Positions 33,817-35,857 of a stretch of 35,857 bases of DNA are shown piece by piece. Numbering within the stretch: the first letter of the stretch is position 1; each line of letters starts with the position of its first letter. Below the pieces are notes generated by a model. It made no database searches. It had not been told where the DNA came from and saw nothing but the letters and a program-made list of their open reading frames with translations. Origin of the DNA: Anaerolineales bacterium (lineage in GTDB: Bacteria > Chloroflexota > Anaerolineae > Anaerolineales > Villigracilaceae); contig JADLCG010000055.1 of the NCBI GenBank assembly GCA_020847355.1, positions 1 to 35,857 on the forward strand, given 5' to 3'. A program made the translations under genes and the position numbers.

Positions 33817-34630
33817 ATTTCAATACCGCTTCGTCAATCCACGCGGCAGTTTGAACAAATTCATCCACGCCGAGCAATTTAGATAAAGCGGATTTGACCT
33901 TGCCTGCATTTCCAGAAGTGAAGTATTGGATATTACCCTGCGCTTCGGCTGGACTCAACGCATCGCCCGCCGCCAACAAACGTTTAGCCTGTTTCGCCAC
34001 CGAGGGGGCTGGGTCTATCACCCGAACATTTTCGCCCACTATCTCCTCAATCAACGGTATCACAAAAGGATAATGCGTACATCCCAACACAACTGTATCA
34101 ATATTTTTTTCAAGCATTGGAATTAAGGCGTCTTCTAAAATATCGCGGGTAACTTGCGTATCCAACTCGCCGCGCTCAATCTGAGTCACCAGCCCTGGGC
34201 AAGTGTGCTGAAACAATTCCACGCCTGCGCCGAACCTTTCCACTACAGAGGCATATAGCGCTCCCTGAAACGTGGCTGGCGTAGCCAAAACGCCCACCTT
34301 GCCGGTTTGCGTCGTCTCCGCCGCCGGCTTGACCGCCGGCTCCATGCCCACAAATTGCACGCCTTGAAATTCCGCGCGCAAATATTTCAACGCCGCCGCA
34401 GAAGCCGTATTACAAGCCACAATCACGAGCTTGGACTGCTTTTCAAGCAAGAATTTTGTAATGCCCGCCGAGAATTTTTGAATCTCTTGCATTGGGCGCG
34501 GACCATACGGCACATGCCCTTGATCGCCAAAATAAAGCATGTTTTCAGCGGGCAATTGCTCACGCAGGGCGCGCAAGACGGAAAGCCCGCCCACGCCCGA
34601 ATCAAAAACGCCGATTGGATTTATGTTCAT
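33815..34630 (-). CDS. murI: Glutamate racemase
   Basis: 'IGVFDSGVGGLSV', 'PYG', and catalytic Cys motifs 'ACNTAS' and 'LGCTHYP'. Confidence 0.96.
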   Translation of the reverse strand: MNINPIGVFDSGVGGLSVLRALREQLPAENMLYFGDQGHVPYGPRPMQEIQKFSAGITKFLLEKQSKLVIVACNTASAAALKYLRAEFQGVQFVGMEPAVKPAAETTQTGKVGVLATPATFQGALYASVVERFGAGVELFQHTCPGLVTQIERGELDTQVTRDILEDALIPMLEKNIDTVVLGCTHYPFVIPLIEEIVGENVRVIDPAPSVAKQAKRLLAAGDALSPAEAQGNIQYFTSGNAGKVKSALSKLLGVDEFVQTAAWIDEAVLK

Positions 34631-35349
34631 TTATTTTTTGAAGCGGCGCTCACAAAAGACTTGAACAATCTCCGCATGGCAGGCTGATCGGTCAACCATT
34701 CAGGATGCCATTGCACGCCAATTGCAAAAGGGTGATCCGCAATCTCGACAACTTCAGGCAAGTTATCGGGAGCATAGCCTACGGCTTTGATCCGAGGAGC
34801 AAGGTCTTTTACGCCTTGATGATGCAAGCTGTTAACTTGTAGAAGGGTTTCGCCAAATATCTCTGCGGCTTTAGAGGCTTCATCTACATGGACGGGATGA
34901 ACTAAAGTTTTCCGTAAATGCCCCGGGTAGTGGTGGTCAATTGCGTTTGGGAGTTGATCGGGGATATGGGTGTAGAGCGTGCCGCCTAAGGCAATGTTCA
35001 TCACTTGCGCGCCGCGACAAATTCCCAACAGCGGCTTGCCATCGTTTGCGGCGGCGCCGAGTAAACTGATCTCGGTAAAATCCCGCTCATCGTCTGCTGT
35101 GCCAATTCTCGGGTGGTCTGCGCCGCTGAAATATTCCAAAGAGACGTCCCCGCCGCCGGAGAAGAGAATGCCATCGAGGCGGGAATAGATATCGTTGAAA
35201 TCTTCTTCATTTAACATCGAAGGGATGAGGAAAGGTAAGCCGCCAGCCTGAACAATCGCGCGAATATAATTTTGACCGACCGCGACGAAGGGGCTTTCAT
35301 CTAAATCTTTCTCGTTACGCATGGTAATGCCAATTAGCGGCTTGGGCAT
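34627..35349 (-). CDS. Peptidase C26 / gamma-glutamyl-gamma-aminobutyrate hydrolase family protein
   Basis: 'GILFSGGGD', 'LGICRGAQ' (nucleophile Cys), 'VNSLHHQG' and 'GVQWHPE'. ATGA overlap with murI. Confidence 0.93.
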   Translation of the reverse strand: MPKPLIGITMRNEKDLDESPFVAVGQNYIRAIVQAGGLPFLIPSMLNEEDFNDIYSRLDGILFSGGGDVSLEYFSGADHPRIGTADDERDFTEISLLGAAANDGKPLLGICRGAQVMNIALGGTLYTHIPDQLPNAIDHHYPGHLRKTLVHPVHVDEASKAAEIFGETLLQVNSLHHQGVKDLAPRIKAVGYAPDNLPEVVEIADHPFAIGVQWHPEWLTDQPAMRRLFKSFVSAASKNK

Positions 35350-35366
35350 ATTTGCTCCTAAAACAA

Positions 35367-35403
35367 AAAGACCCTAAAGGTCCATGAGACCTTTAGGGTC
35401 TTT
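35367..35403 (-). terminator. Terminator of rplS built from a nested palindrome (REP-like)
   Basis: Perfect 16-bp inverted repeat AAAGACCCTAAAGGTC-catga-GACCTTTAGGGTCTTT, ending in TTTTTGTTTT on the minus strand. Confidence 0.8.
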
Positions 35404-35414
35404 CAGAACCCTAA

Positions 35415-35762
35415 TTAATCGAATTTTTGTTTGAGGCGGGCGCTCTTGCCGGTGCGCTCGCGCATGAAGTAGAGTTGTGCGCGGCGGACTTTGCCATGGC
35501 GTTCAACTACGATCTTGCTCAAACGCGGGGAGCGGAGTAAGAAGGTGCGTTCCACGCCTACGCCATTGCTCGCCATACGGCGGACGGTAACAGAGGCTTC
35601 GTTGCCGCTGTTGCGAAGACGAATGACGATGCCTTTGAACTCTTGGATGCGTTCCCGATCGCCTTCTTTGATCTTCACATGCACGCTGACGGTATCGCCA
35701 GGGTTTAATTGAGGGATTTGCTCGTTCACTTTCGCTTCAACAGATTTCAATAAGTCGGTCAT
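35415..35762 (-). CDS. rplS: 50S ribosomal protein L19
   Basis: 'PGDTVSVHVKIKEGDRERIQEFKG', 'GVGVERTF' and 'GKVRRAQLYFMR'. Confidence 0.98.
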   Translation of the reverse strand: MTDLLKSVEAKVNEQIPQLNPGDTVSVHVKIKEGDRERIQEFKGIVIRLRNSGNEASVTVRRMASNGVGVERTFLLRSPRLSKIVVERHGKVRRAQLYFMRERTGKSARLKQKFD

Positions 35763-35857
35763 TTTCGTTCTTCCTTATGCTTTCTATAATTATTTTCCTA
35801 GACGCGAGGGCGGATTATAGCGCTCATTTTCTGAGGTTACAAGGCTCGGTTTTGAAA

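Noticed and set aside
874-35712. Numerous short overlapping or antisense ORFs in the ORF track (e.g. 8664..9134, 14129..14566, 31410..31889, 33392..33886)
   Set aside because: They lie inside well-supported genes, lack RBSs and recognisable motifs, and are best explained as shadow ORFs.

Overview
This is a bacterial chromosomal window. The gene content and protein style (Pro/Thr-rich 'LAC' lipoproteins, no outer-membrane export genes, repeat types) suggest Chloroflexota, possibly Anaerolineales; that assignment is an inference. The left flank (1-10.3 kb) holds a methyltransferase, a stand-alone class III nucleotide cyclase, gltX, pyk, a CoA-transferase, an atypical alanine dehydrogenase, an MBL hydrolase, DUF58, MoxR and tRNA-Arg(UCG). 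The right flank (29.5-35.8 kb) holds a glutaredoxin-like protein, two lipoproteins, secDF, murI, a C26 peptidase and rplS. Between them is a ~19 kb exopolysaccharide locus (10351-29331) that is the most interesting part. It has a Wzx/Wzy-type core: priming phosphoglycosyltransferase, three GT4s, one GT2, flippase and Wzy/ligase-like protein. It also carries parts usually seen in synthase-type (cellulose/Pel) systems: an orphan BcsB-like protein, a CelD/BcsL-type GNAT, a deacetylase and two degenerate GGDEF proteins with intact RxxD I-sites. One GGDEF domain is fused to the Wzz/CpsC-type co-polymerase where a tyrosine kinase domain would normally be. The other is a PelD-like 4-TM protein heading the operon. 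Together these suggest a Wzy-dependent polysaccharide system controlled post-translationally by c-di-GMP. All family calls come from motifs recognised by eye; no searches were run.
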